Below, piece after piece: positions 49,945 to 62,869 of a DNA stretch of 64,000 nucleotides (positions are counted from its first letter, which is position 1; the number at the start of each line of letters is the position of its first letter). The DNA comes from Dicyema japonicum (taxonomy: Eukaryota > Animalia > Dicyemida): positions 1,556,774-1,620,773 of the forward strand of contig RDEW01000003.1 in NCBI GenBank assembly GCA_011109175.1, given 5' to 3'. The translations under genes and the position numbers were made by a program. The notes beneath the pieces are model-generated. The model worked only from the letters and a program-made list of their open reading frames with translations. It had not been told where the DNA came from and did no database searches.

Positions 49945-51562
49945 ATGGGATGCGGAGAATCAAAAGTTTCGTCAGATAAAAATAAATCCAAAAGCATAAA
50001 ACAAAGTATCAATAATTTCCCGAATAAATAAATTTGTAGATACAATAAACCAATCAAAAAATGAAACACGAATTGTTGTAGCGAAATTTCCTTACAATGC
50101 AATCCAACAAGGAGATCTTTCATTTAACGTTGGAGATCAGATGATAGTGGAAAACGTTCTGTAAAAATTTAATCAAAATCAAAGTGATGATAAACTTTGG
50201 ATGTTAGCAACCAATAGAATAACCAAAATGAGAGGATTTATTCCAGCAAATTACGTAGAACCATTAAACAAGTATAATCCAGTCGGAGAGTGATATTCAA
50301 TGATGATTTAATAGTTGTTATCTCAACATAAGCAGAATGGAGGCAGAATTACAGCTTTTGTTTGCAGAAGAAACTAAACTTGGGACATTTATCGTTCGTC
50401 CATCTGCTGGTTGTGTATGTATAATTATTAGATGGTCAATTTGCACTATCAGTAATGTCTCATAATAAAGCGATTAAACACTACAAAATAACGGTAACGA
50501 GCTCAAAAGGAAAATCAGACTATTACATACATTCAACAAAAGTAATGAATTCTCTAGATGAATTGATTGCTTATTACCAAAGTATTTCTACAATTATTTT
50601 CAGAAAACAACGAATTATGTTGTGGACTTAGTAATCCACTTAAAAGATCAGCACCTGCTATTGTTTCGAGGAAACTAGTAATTCCTTATGATGAGTTCAC
50701 AATAATCGGGGAATTGGGACAAGGAAATTTTGGAAAAGTTTATAAAGGTTTTTTGATTAAAACAATTTCAGCAAAATGGAAGCAGATAGAAGTAGCTTTA
50801 AAAACATTAAAAGACGAACAATCAAGTAAAGCAGAATTCCTCGATGAAGCAAAAATAATGCACAGTCTGGACAATGAATATTTAGTAAAATGGCTCGGAG
50901 TCTCATCAAATAATAACCAATCAATATTGTGTATGGAGTATATGCCTAAAGGACATCTCCATGGCGTTTTAAAATCAGATAAAGGGAAATTGTTCAATTT
51001 GGATATGCTGGGGAGAATGGCTTGTCAAGTATATTTAATATTTCATGCATAGATCGGCTCTGGAATGAGTTATTTAGGGGATCAAGGACTCATACACAGG
51101 GATTTAAGAACTGAAAATGTTTTGGTTAATAATTTATATGTCTGTAAAATTGCTGACTTTGGGCTTGCTAAAAAGACAGAAAAATTTCAAGCTTCTCATG
51201 GTCTTTGCATTATGTATTGATTAGATACTAAATTTCCCATAAAATGGACAGCAATTGAATCTGCAACTCAGGGAAAGTTTACTTTAAAATCAGATGTTTG
51301 GTCATTTGGAGTTCTTCTCTGGGAATTAGTTACGTTTGGGGAAATGCCATATAGAGGTATGAGTGGAGGGGATGTCCTAAAACACTTAAAGGCAGGATAT
51401 CGATTAAAAATTCCAAAGGATGTCCCTCATAAAATTCCTGACAAATGGTACGACCAGATGTTGTTATGTTGGGATGAGGATCCACAGAATAGGCCAAGTT
51501 TTCACGCGTTAAAAGATTTCTTTGAAAATTGCTATTTGGGAACATCAGATTATATTGAATAA
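49945..51562 (+). CDS. Src-family non-receptor tyrosine kinase (MGC N-terminus, SH3, SH2, kinase, C-terminal Tyr), tiny introns
   Basis: VVAKFPY..GDLSF..RGFIPANYV; GTFIVRPS..KHYKI; GQGNFGKV, VALK, HRDLRTEN, DFG, KFPIKWTA, SDVWSFG, tail TSDYIE*. Confidence 0.93.
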
Positions 51563-51689
51563 CTTTATAAAAACTGATTTAATTTCTTTAAAAATAAAAA
51601 ATATTATTTTATTAACCAAATACACGATTTTTGTCTGAACCATCCCAAGACTAGATTATAATAAAATACCCGCCCATCCTCCAATCGAC

Positions 51690-53300
51690 CAATCTGAACA
51701 TCCGGGTAAACCTGGCTCGTCTAGGATGTGGGCACTACCCATCTGTACCGCTTGATGATGTAAAAGATGTCCTCTGTTCCTTTTGCAATTTCTTCTAGTT
51801 GACAGTAAATTACTTCTCTGAATGTCCTGAATTAGTACACTGTTCGTCTACAATGCCAAGACTAATCGATCTATGGGAGCGACTGCCGTTTGCTGCGTCC
51901 TACTTAATAGCCGCTGGTTTTTTAAAAGTTAGTGAGGTCGGGATTATTAACTTCATCAGGTGGTGCCTATCCAGTCGGACAATTTAAATGTGTTTGGACA
52001 TAATCTGAGGGCAATTGGACGTATCTATACCTTTATGCAATTATAAGATCATCAGCATATTGTGACATTGGAATACGAATGATAAGATCGGATATTTTTA
52101 TCAAGTGCCCACCATGGAAGCGCCAGAATCTGTTCGACTGATTTGGACACCATTGATGAATCTTTAATTTCTGAGGTTTTGATTTTGGACTGAGATGAAA
52201 GGTACATTCAGCAAATTTTTAAGCGCTTCTTTTCGCGAATGAGGTGAAGGATTTCACTTTTAAAGTAGTGTTTACTTGGTTAGTTAAAGCACATCCGCGT
52301 TACCAGTAAACATTGTTTATGGTTTCGCTTGTGCCATGCTTCTAGATTATCCTTTCCGTTAGTCTTCTCCATCCCTTTCGCTGTTGTGCTCGTCTCAGTG
52401 GGGTTTTTAGTTCCTTTGGGATTAATTTTTCGTCAGTCGGAATTAAAGAAGGCCCTGCTTTATCTGGGGAGATAAAGCTATCCACAGAGAAGTCTTTCAA
52501 GGATTTTTCTATTTCTGCCTCAAAATTATCTCATTTCGTTTTCCTGTAGTTTGCTGTAATATCAATGATGATCGATTGTGATCAGAGGGTAGGTCATATC
52601 TGACATTCCAGTTAATTAATGATTGATGGAAGGTAAGCACAGCGAGAGGACAGGGGACGTTTTTGGATCTCCCGGACGAGTCCCATGTCTTGTGTGCTGA
52701 TTGTGGTTGTTTAGTATGACAAAATGTTCAAGTTCTAAGATAAATTGTTCTCCCTAGCGTCTGGTGACCATAGTGGGTCCTCACATTAAGGTCATTGAAA
52801 ATTATAACGTTATTGAAGCTGATAGGAAATACAGGTTGGGAAGACAGTCATTTTGACAGCGAGACGAGGGAGAATGTACATATTAATGAGAGTGTAGGGA
52901 GTGAACATGACGTAACTCCAATGTGGTTATCTGAGGCTGGCATGGATGTGTGCCAAGAAGTGTCTGTGGAAGGAGGGAAGAATTTATGAGGGTGACCAGG
53001 TTACCACCATGGGACCCAATTGCCCATTCAAAGCGAAGTACAGAGTAGCCTGTAATTCTCGTATCAGTGAGATGGTGGGACAGTCCCGACTCTTGTAGAA
53101 AAGCAATATCAATTTTGTGTTTCCCCAGGTAGTTTGAAGATTCGGCGTGGTTTGGTGTAATTCCATTGATATTCAGTTATATTATTTTGATTTTGTCCGG
53201 CCTGGGGTTGTGCTCAAGTCTCCAGAGGTTAGGAGGATCTCATTCGAAAAAAACCTTTTAAGAACGGACAGGGAAGGTATGTGGTTCTTTTTTGAAGTTC
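51690..53300 (-). mobile_element. Decayed APE-RT LINE
   Basis: QYADDLII at ~52030; C-terminus homologous to 2700-2950; APE-like remnants upstream. Confidence 0.55.
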
Positions 53301-53458
53301 TTTAAAAGACACAAACACATTCAACTTACACGCGAGGTGAACCACAGCGTCATAAACACCGTAGTCTATAAAAATTGTTTATTTAATTAAGTCTTAAAAA
53401 ATAGTATATTTAAATTAATATTAATCTTTCCTATTGTTGTGTGTAGGTTTTTGCTATT

Positions 53459-54087
53459 ATGTCTCTGATTCATATTGTGAACGTTAAAATTTTAAATCAT
53501 ATTTCAATGCTAACAGATCCATTTGAATTTGAGATACTATTTGAGTGCTACGAAGACTTAGAAGTGGATTTAGAATGGAAGGTTACATATGTTGGATGTT
53601 CACATTCAAATGAATATGATCAAATTCTTGATTCAAGTGTAGCAGGCCCAATTCCTTCCGGAAAGCACATGTTTACTTTAAAAGTTTATTATATTAATAA
53701 TATTTCAGACTAATGGTCCTGATCCGACCAAAATTCCTGACGAGTCTGTTATTGGTTGTGCAGCTCTCCTACTTTCATGTTCGTTAAGAGATAAAGAGTT
53801 CATTAGAATCGGATATTTTCTTAACAATCAATATGAAGACTCTGATCTTATAAGTAATCCCCCTGTGTTTCCAAAATATGACAAAGTACTTTATTTACAA
53901 AATTTAGGTTGTCAGGTCCATTTTGAAAGATACCCCTCGGGTCACAAGATATGATTTGGATGCTAATGAATTGGACTTACCTTCTCCCGTTAAAATTGAA
54001 AATTCTAATATGAATGAAGATAGCGATCGTATCATCTCCGATGTGACTTCTAGCGAAAGCATTGGGGAAGAAAATTTGTCTGATTGA
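53459..54087 (+). CDS. ASF1: Histone chaperone ASF1 (2 tiny introns)
   Basis: PFEFEILFEC..DLEWKVTYVG..YDQILDS..GP..GKHMF|..PDPTKIP..KEFIRIGYF..|..PRVTRY. Confidence 0.95.
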
Positions 54088-54149
54088 TTTTTGTTTTTTC
54101 TAAATTCTTTCATTTCTAAATCATGGTTTATTTTGAATAAAATTTCAAT

Positions 54150-54800
54150 CTACTTAATGTGTACTATCTTTAAGAAGATCAACCTCTTCTATCACACTCA
54201 CAAGATCAACCTTCCCTTTATTCCTCTAACAATACTGTGGACACTACACGTGTAACATTTATATCACTTGGAGATTGCACACACCCTCCTCCTACATGTT
54301 TTTGAGGTCGGGTCACCTAAAACATCATTTTTTATTGTACGCTGATGATTTCGTGATTCTAAAGAAACATCAAGTTGGCCAAGGAGGTGACACAGTCCAT
54401 GCTAGAGACATTAAACCCGGTGGGTCTTTGGTTCTTTGAGAACCACATAAAAGTCTCACCAGGTAGGTCACATGCGACGACTTTTGCCTCACAAAAAAGA
54501 CACGGATAACGACATCAGTCAATTTATACGATTCCCACGATCTACACTACGAAGATCCTGGATATCTTGGGAGTCACCCTGTAACCTCTGTTGTCATTCA
54601 TACATCAAGCGGACCTAATAGCGTCCAAGATTCAAAAGAAAATGTAAATCACATTTTCCGGTATCGCTCGGCTGATGCTTCTATAAAAAATTGTTTTATC
54701 GAGCATCGAATAGGCAGTATGGATTGCTCTTGTTATCGGCGGTGATACAAAATCAATGCCTTAAAAAATTAAAGATTTTCGAAACACTCATATCGCTGCT
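54150..54800 (+). mobile_element. Decayed LINE RT remnant
   Basis: LLYADDFVIL and ILGVTL motifs. Confidence 0.5.
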
Positions 54801-54934
54801 ACGAAAAACGCTTAATGTAACACCAATCACGGAATAGCTCTCAAAAGGGCATATCCTCAAAATATCCGAGTTCCCTGAACATCCTCAAAGACAGGAAGTC
54901 AGATTATATCTGGTTAGTTAATAGGTTAATCGCC

Positions 54935-55225
54935 TCCGTGTGTCGCCATGTGGTGCTAATTGGTTAAATTTTCAGTTTGTCTGTTCCTTAACTTTCCCTT
55001 TCTATTAGAGTGGTTTCATGTGATCTACCAGTCTAGGTGGTGCCCAATGTCAGGCTGGCACGAAAAATGATCATTTGCTCTCCCCCACTGGAGGGATTTC
55101 CACAACTACAAGGACGTCTTTTACCTTTTATATTGATTCCGGATGGACTCTGTTTCTGTAGAAGTGGAAACTGGATACACATAATTAGTTGTTTACTTTA
55201 ACTTCTTTCTCGGTGTATCCGGGGT
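54935..55225. repeat. Structured repeat family C, copy 3
   Basis: Aligns with 44345-44605; upstream part also with 18920-18990. Confidence 0.85.
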
Positions 55226-55562
55226 TATTAAATTAATTAAATCATATCTGGAAGCTTGCTCAAGATAAGAAATCTTCCCTTTGTGGAAATTAATCCAGGA
55301 TTCCAAACCCCTTTAAATCAATCTGTGTAAAGCTATAATTTGCGATGTGGTTTGGATCCTCAGGGAATTGCCATCGTTTGCGGCAATGCTAAAGTGGGCT
55401 AAATGTAAGACCAATTCTGACTCTTTTTCAAACCCTGTTTAAGGAATTGTCCCCTTAAAATTTATATTGATTTTACAGAATTTTTGAAGATGAATAAATT
55501 AGCAGGAAGGTGAAAGATTAAAAGATATTTATTTTACAAAAAAGAAAGTATTAACTGACAAA

Positions 55563-56750
55563 TTAAGTGATCCACAAATTTAGACACTACGGATAGTAAC
55601 TTAATCGGTCGGAAAGATCCAGGATCGAAAGATCTTTTTTGGGTTTCAAATCGGGATTATTTTTGATTTTCCATAGAAATGGAATTAGGCAGTTATTAAT
55701 AGAGGCATAAATTATTCCCGGAATTACTTAAAGGCCAAGTATACCAGTTGCTTCAAGTGGAGAATCAGATTCCGCTTAACCACTTGGCTGGAGAGTTTTT
55801 TGAGTTTCTGATAAGGAGTAGGAGAACGTTTTTCAATTTTCATGGAGGGAGCATTTGTTCATGTTGATTTGACTCACTTTTGCGGTGTAGTCAATATGGT
55901 ATTCTCCTGATGAGCGAAATCAGGTGATGATAGATTCCAGTTAAAACTGATGACGTGGATTGTGTCCGATCTATTTTATATCGACTGAATACCACGTCTC
56001 CCATAAATCCCTAGGTTTTGTCCGGTAGTTAATTTTGGTGATGAAATTGTTCCATCGTTCAAATTTACTTTTGCTGATTAGGTTAGTATGTTTACTGTTT
56101 AGGTTGATAGTTCGGCCACGGGGATTCTTGATTTCGTAAATCGACGTCTTTTATAACTCTTCGATAATTTCCTTAGGTAAATTGCGATTATAGTCTTTAA
56201 TGAGTCCTCTTGAAATGTGAATTTTTGTCGGTTTTGGGGGTAACCACATTGAAAAATTTCACGGAGGCAATGAGTGATTTGAACCTCTCCACGGAAAACT
56301 CGGCAAACAGTTTTTTCTTTTTCTTCGCGAAAGGTCTGGAAATGTATTGGAGTGTCCATCTCTGTAGCTGTTTGAGTGTGCGATCTTTTGTCATTGAGCC
56401 AATTTGGGAGAATATTGTTTTATACAGGGGCCAGGTGGTGGAGTGTAAATATTTACGAATATGTACAGGGTGTGATTTATTTTGACAAGGATGGAAGTAA
56501 CTAAATGTTATTGACACCTTCAATAAGAGTGATTGTCCGAGTGGAAGTATCTTAGAATGCAATAGACTTGTAGATTAGGGTGAGTACATCACCCCATTTT
56601 TGAATTTGATAGGTCAAGGCGAAAAATTGAGTAGTACTTGAAATTAGGAATAATTGATTTTCTGGATTGTTTCATTTCCTGTAAAAGATTTTATGGGTGG
56701 TAATTAAAGTAATAAGTTCAGTGGATTTGTGTGCAAGGCCATCCGATCTT
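55563..56750 (-). mobile_element. Decayed LINE (APE remnant, GIT-like end)
   Basis: Terminal GGATCACTTAA at 55563-55573; APE-like fragments. Confidence 0.45.
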
Positions 56751-56812
56751 TGGGAGCGGAATTTATTTATTTACTCCAAGACCACCAAGAATGATAGATC
56801 AAAACTAACTAA

Positions 56813-58150
56813 TTAGGTGATCCCAGCCTAACAACATCCGAATTCTTTTCGCCTGGTCATCAAATGACCCAACCGCATTCCGGAAGCGCCTTCTTTTCCT
56901 TCTGCATAGGAATTCAATAGGCGTGCAGTTTTTTATAACAGACCGAAATTCCTCTGCATGGGCCACCTTTTCCTTGAATGGGTTTCCCAGTTCCTTGTAA
57001 AAACGTAGGAAACCCTGGCCATTTTTAAACGTCGCCTCACCAGAAACGAGGCCGCCAATGGAGATGTTGGTTGGTGCATAATTTTCCGCCTTAGAGAGTT
57101 CAAACGATCAATTCTCGAAGAGGGAATGGCAAATCTCCAGGCGGAGCAGGCATATTCAATAGTAGGAACATGACTTGTTGGTAGACCATGTTGACGCAAG
57201 CAGCAGGGGAGGGCCAGTCACATACCCGGATTAGGTGTGGCTGAACAGTTGCTACAGCCACGGAAGGAGATTTATCTCTTCCAATGATAATTAGGTCGTC
57301 CAAATAGGATAAAAACATAGTGTCCTGGTCATTGGTAATAGGTAGGTCATGTAGAAATTGGTTGAAAAGGAAAGGAGATAAAGGGGAGCCTTGCGGCACA
57401 CCACTGAAGAGTAGTCTTGATTTTGAAGTGATTTCGTCAATCCGAACCCTTCTGCGTCGCCCAGTTAAGAAATTTTCCAGCCATAGCTTGACGTTCAAAT
57501 ATAAGTTCGAATTAAAAATATATTGCGTTAAGAGTTTCCTCGGAACAGAATCAAAGGCCTTCTGTATATCGTTGGATACTAAGGCCGTCCGTAAGTGTGT
57601 TCTCATGTTGAAGCCGTCAGTAATAAACTGGAAGATAGAACCCAAATGAGTCGTTGTAGAACGGTCTGCCTTGATACCATGTTTAAATTCTGGTAGATGT
57701 AGAAGAGGAGAAATACGCATTAATACAAGCTTTTCCAGCACTTTTGATAAAACATAAGTTATTGAGACGGGGCGGTAAGAAAGGAACGTCTTTTGGTTTT
57801 CTAGGCTTTAGAATTGGCGTAATCAGGGAATTCTTCCATATATTAGGTAGCGTATGGTAGTTGATAGAGTCGTTGTACAGTTTCGATAATATGGCCCGTG
57901 CCTGAGGTCCAAGGTGTTTGAGGTGAATAGTACAAATACCGTCGGGACCACAAGCACGAGTGGGACGTAGCAATTTAATAGTTTTGTAAACATCATGGGG
58001 GTGAAGAAGGTAAAATACGGTTCCCTTTGCGGCCCGCGCCGTTCAACATGTGGAGAGCGAGAGAAATCTTTATGGCTGATCGATACGTAGTACTTCATAA
58101 TCATGTTTGCAAGCTTGCGAGTGGGTTCCGAAGCATTGCGGGTAGCGGCT
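56813..58150 (-). mobile_element. 'GIT-stop' LINE, RT and 3' end
   Basis: RACGPDGI, DIQKAFDSVPR, GVPQGSPLSPFLFN, SYLDD, IEYACSAW, GCT GGG ATC ACC TAA. Confidence 0.9.
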
Positions 58151-58279
58151 TTAGTTCCGCAGTCCTCCGCGGAATTATATAGAATATGTTAATTAAAATG
58201 GTTAAATTATATATTTTTATATATTTTGATTAAATTTAAATTTAAAAATAAAAAAAATTGAATTTTAATACGTGGTTCT

Positions 58280-59463
58280 ATGTCCAAGTTAGGGAATACA
58301 AGTGTCTATTAAATATTAATTATAGAATCGGAAAATCAGGAAGGATCTAGTGATGAAAATTCAGATGTATTGAGATTTCATATATTTTAGAATAAGGCTG
58401 AATCTTTTTTCACGTCTCATAAAAGGAAAAGAGTATTATCATCTACTCATTCAAATAAAAATATTGACATCATTGAAGTCTTAAATTACGAACAAGTAAA
58501 GCATTCCAATATGATAAAAAATTTACTTTGTTCTTACACAAAAATATTCGACCGTTGGTATTTTGAATTAAAGTAAACTTAAATATAATTCTAGTTGTGG
58601 ATTTAATATCCTTTTATATGGATTAGGGTCTAAAATAGAACTAATTAATAATTTTAGTGAATTATTTTTGCATGGAAATCATAAACATGTCGTGTTTAAT
58701 GGATGTGAGGGAAATTTAAAAGATGTTTCATTTTTGTTCTATTTTAGCTGTTTGATTGTATTTCCCAAATTTATTTAAAATCTAAAAATATTTCAAATTT
58801 AAAAAATAATTTATCATTTATTTGTCAAGAAATATCAAATCATGGTATATTATGACTTATCGGTAGAAGTGCTGTATTTGATTATAAACAATATTGACAG
58901 AATCACAGATCATTCCATGGTCAACTCACTTGCTACCCTTTTATCCACCAACAAAGTTCGCCTTATTGCAACTGTCGACCATATAAATTCGTTATTTTGT
59001 ATTTAATTTAAATTTATTTATAGTTATTGATATTATTAAACTAAATAAATTTATTTTTACATTTTATGACACGACTACTTTTATAAATTACTCTAAAGAA
59101 CTTGAAACCTGTCAATGGCTTGCTCAATCTCACAGCAGTTCCAGTGCCATTAATAAAATAAGAGTTGTATTGTCCTCCCTTCCCTTGAATACTAGGAATA
59201 TATTTTCAATCATCTGTAAAAATAATGGGGGTTAGTACATTTTTGTTATATTAGTCACCTTAAGAGAACTTTATGAGTTATGTCGACAACAATTTTTAGT
59301 TGGGAAGTGAATTGAGCCTTCATTCGCATTTAACAGAATTAAAAGATCATGGTCTTATCAAGAGGAAAAAAGTTTTCATTTTATATCATTTTAGGACAAT
59401 GTAGACAGATTATGTACTGTGCTGGATAGTAAATTATTACTGGAATTTGTTGAAGATTTTTGA
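58280..59463 (+). CDS. ORC2: Origin recognition complex subunit 2 (short form, many tiny introns)
   Basis: HVVFNG, LYLIINNID, RLIATVDHINS, FYDTTTFINY, SELSLHSHLTELKDHGLI match ORC2 motifs; exon boundaries approximate. Confidence 0.8.
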
Positions 59464-59549
59464 TTTACCTTTTTTATTCCCATAATTTTTAATTATTTAA
59501 TGTTTATAAATTAACAAATTAGTAAGTAAATTAAAGTTGTTTCGCGCTA

Positions 59550-59790
59550 AAGGCTGGGGAAGCTGCTCGGACTTTTGAGAATTTTAAAAATACGACAGTC
59601 TCTCCACAAGAATCCATGTACATCCCGTTGTTGTGGAGACGAGTGGAGTTTTCGGTCCCAAGACGGTCTCTTTTCTAAGATCGCTTGGGTCAATGATTTC
59701 GAAAGTTAGTAATGAGCGTCGGGAAACCGAATGACTGTTCCAAAAGAATTCTCTGAAAGTTGTCAGGGAAACAACCATTCCATCCTATCA
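59550..59790 (+). mobile_element. CRE-like 3' end fragment
   Basis: AGEAA..KKY..PVVVETSGVFGPKTVSFLRSLG matches the REL C-terminus at 20640-20880. Confidence 0.8.
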
Positions 59791-59879
59791 GTTGGATTAT
59801 TTTGATTGTCTTGTTTCGTAATAAATTGTTTTCTTGTGGAAAAAATTAAAGTTATGAAAGGTCAACATTATGACTTGTA

Positions 59880-60470
59880 GTCCAATGTTCTATAAAAGTC
59901 ATCGCGTCATTCTAGGTTCTGTCTTCCGCTTCCCCGCAAGCCTTCCTATTTAATGTTTATTGTCTGCAAAATCACACTAACATGTTGATTAGAATAAGAT
60001 GTTCTGACCCATTAATAAGATCAATAGAAATTTGTTCCGTGGTCTTGTCGTGTAGAATTAAATCATCCACTTGCGAGCTCACATCGTGGAAGTATAAACC
60101 GTTTTTAATAATGGTGAGTAAGCCGCCACCACGTCCAATGCGGTCTTTTCTGATAGAGATGTATCCAGGAAAAATTGGGGTTGTACCCTTTGTAGAAAGT
60201 TTTGACTCCTAGATAAGGCAGATGTCAATCTTGTGCTTCGTTAATAAACCTCGTAACTCTAGAATCTTTGTTTTTATTCCGTTAGCATGGAGTTGCCTAA
60301 TAACAAGGGGTTTTGGTCCAGGATTTTGTTCAATATTTCCAGAAAGCAATAGAATCCAGGGGAACAAACAACATCTCGAGTTTCCAGTTGAGGTATATCA
60401 TCCAGGCATAAGGAGTCTCGATGGGGAAGAACAAATGGTTCTTATTGGTGTATTACTACACTGAGCGCCA
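59880..60470 (-). mobile_element. LINE APE N-terminal fragment
   Basis: QLHANGIKTK..KIDICL..ESKL..FPGY..RKDRIGRGGGLLTIIK. Confidence 0.75.
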
Positions 60471-60486
60471 CCACAAAAGGTGAACG

Positions 60487-60951
60487 TCATGACGCCACGA
60501 GAAAAGATTTAAAAAAATAGAAATAGAAAATTTCGATAATGTCGAGGATACTTTGAGAACAACATTCTTTGGCAAGTATTGTAATAGCCTCTTTCAAAAT
60601 TTCGCCATCAGTATATGGCTTCATATGCTTTGCAATAAGATGACTAATTCTCTTTGAATCCGTATTTGTGACTTTGGAAAAGGCACCACACTTAAAAAAT
60701 GAAAATTGTTTGAAATATTGAGATTTTAACAAAACGACATTTTGTTTTTTAGAATCGCCTTGATAACAATCATAAATTGATTCGTGCTGTTGATAATGTC
60801 TTTTGACGGAGTAGGTTTTTAACAATTTTATCGTTGCGTGACATATTAAACAATGTACTTTGCCATGTATTTTAATCATAAATAACTTTTCCTCCCATTC
60901 ATATTTGATCCTCTGTTTTCTTTTACTCTGTCCGTGATTGTTTACGCACAC
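60487..60951 (-). mobile_element. hAT (SPIN/GTF2IRD2-like) transposase N-terminal remnant with BED finger
   Basis: WEEKLF..HCLICH..KRHYQQH..IAKHMKPYTDGEILKE. Confidence 0.8.
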
Positions 60952-61399
60952 ATGACATTAAAAAATAATATTTCAAAGAGTGAATTAAAATATAATATTC
61001 GAACAACCAGTTTTTCAGCATGGCTCCTGTGAAAGATAGTCAAACAATCCTCACTCGACCAAACTAGTTTAATTCAATTCAGACGCCGTAAATACTCCTA
61101 ACCACACCAAAATTGCTTTAGTCTCAATCTCCCAGAAAATCCAAACATCACAAATTCTCCTGACGTCATCCACCCTAATCTCGAGAGATTTCCTTAAAAT
61201 TACCGAGTCTCCAGAACATCCCTATAGATTGAAACTATATATCCTCAAAAAAGTAGAAAAAGTTATTAATACAGAAATCAAGAGAGACACCGGACTACTT
61301 AATTATTCGATAACTCTTATCTTGTTTTTTGTGGTACCCTGTGTTTATAAATTATTAACCCTATCTTCGCAATCATGTAGGAAGATGGTTACCATTATG

Positions 61400-61712
61400 A
61401 TATTCGTCGACAAAATAAGCCGTTCCCAGAGATCTTCCACTTTCACGTAGAGTCTCGGTTGTCAACGGCAAGCAAAGAGATCCGGCATAAACTGACTGGT
61501 TCGAGCAAAGAAAAGCTTCCAGCGGCATCCAAAGCTCGTATAACGAATTTCTTAAGGGTCATGTATGAAGGAGATCTATCCGGGGTTTTCTTGCAGGCCA
61601 AAGCAGTCAATCAAGTCATCGCATCGGCAAAGGTGAGAGACACAGACTCGATATTGAACCAGGTTACACTTTCAGAAGACGCCGCCGACAGCAAAAAATT
61701 CGGTGGTGGTAA
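61400..61712 (-). mobile_element. CRE-like CCHC/REL remnant
   Basis: ALACKKTPDR..FVIRALDAAG..LLEPVSLCR. Confidence 0.65.
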
Positions 61713-62192
61713 TTAGATGAGATCAGTAGATCTTTAAATAACTTTCGACAACGGCATTTCTTTTGAGAGTTTTGGGAAGGATATATAAACAGCTAAGTAC
61801 GGCTTCAGGGTTCATCCATGCGCTTATTTTCGGAAAACCTCGGAGGTTTTCTTTTCACATTTTCAACATGAAGGGAGAATAATATTTGCATGTCAAAAAT
61901 CACCTCACGGATCTTTTGAGATTTTCTAAATGGGATAACACAATTATTGTTTTTCCGTCCGTTTCTCAGTCTCTAGTCAGATGTAAAGAGAGTTGTGACT
62001 GACTTCTCATTTTTGCCGCATTCTCTAATTTATTGTTGTTGTTTAATATTAATAAAAATTTGCCCAATAAATTACCAATTTTTATCCTCATTTTTACGTA
62101 TCCGAAAAAAAATTTAATTTTTTATTTTCATGTGTCCCGTGGATTTTTTTTACGATTAGTGTGCCTCGAGAATTATTTTCTGAAGACCCCTG

Positions 62193-62390
62193 CTTTAGAG
62201 GGATTGAAAACCTATAAAATATCTGAATTGGTCGCGAAAACAGACTGTTCCCATACGATTGGAGAGTCGGTGATTGTTCCATTACTGAAATTGATATTAT
62301 CGGAATGTTGTGGGTATCATCGGAAATCATGAATAATTCCAGTCAGCAATGATTCCATCAGTCGAAGAATTGACGAAATATTGAGTTGGG
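62193..62390 (+). mobile_element. hAT Buster/Charlie (ZBED5-like) transposase fragment
   Basis: YKISELVAK..HTIGESVIVP..IPVSNDSISRRIDEI. Confidence 0.8.
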
Positions 62391-62869
62391 TTTTATTTAT
62401 AACTTAAGAGGTTAGTAGAGATTAAGACTACTTTTAGGTATCTTTGATGTTACAAAGAGCTCAAGTATTAATGAATGCTAAAAGAATAATAGAATCTCTT
62501 ATGGATAAAATCGACCTATATTATTAATATTTCCTAGAAAATGAGATTTATCACTGAATTTGAAAAAAGTTGCAGAGAATATAAACATTACCAATCGTAA
62601 CACTGCAATATAAATAGTTTAACTGCTGTACAATTACCCAGATGGAATACTGTTTATTCCAATAGCTTTGGACATTTACGGCGCCATGGGATCCTAGAAC
62701 AGTGGAATCTTTGAATCTACTTGGGAGTTAAATTTCTGCGCGTTTGTCGTTGACGAATCGAGTGTCGTTCTTTCGTTATTTTGAAAGGAACTTGCTTCAC
62801 TCTTTGATTAGACAGAAATTAAGAAACTGCAAAGAATTGAACTCTTCTACCTTTTATGCAGGTTCTTCC

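Noticed and set aside
7670-56827. GGATCAC repeats as CRISPR repeats or rRNA ends (16S GGATCACCT, 5.8S GGTGGATCAC)
   Set aside because: Dispersed on both strands, each terminates a LINE frame, with no spacers and no rRNA flanks.
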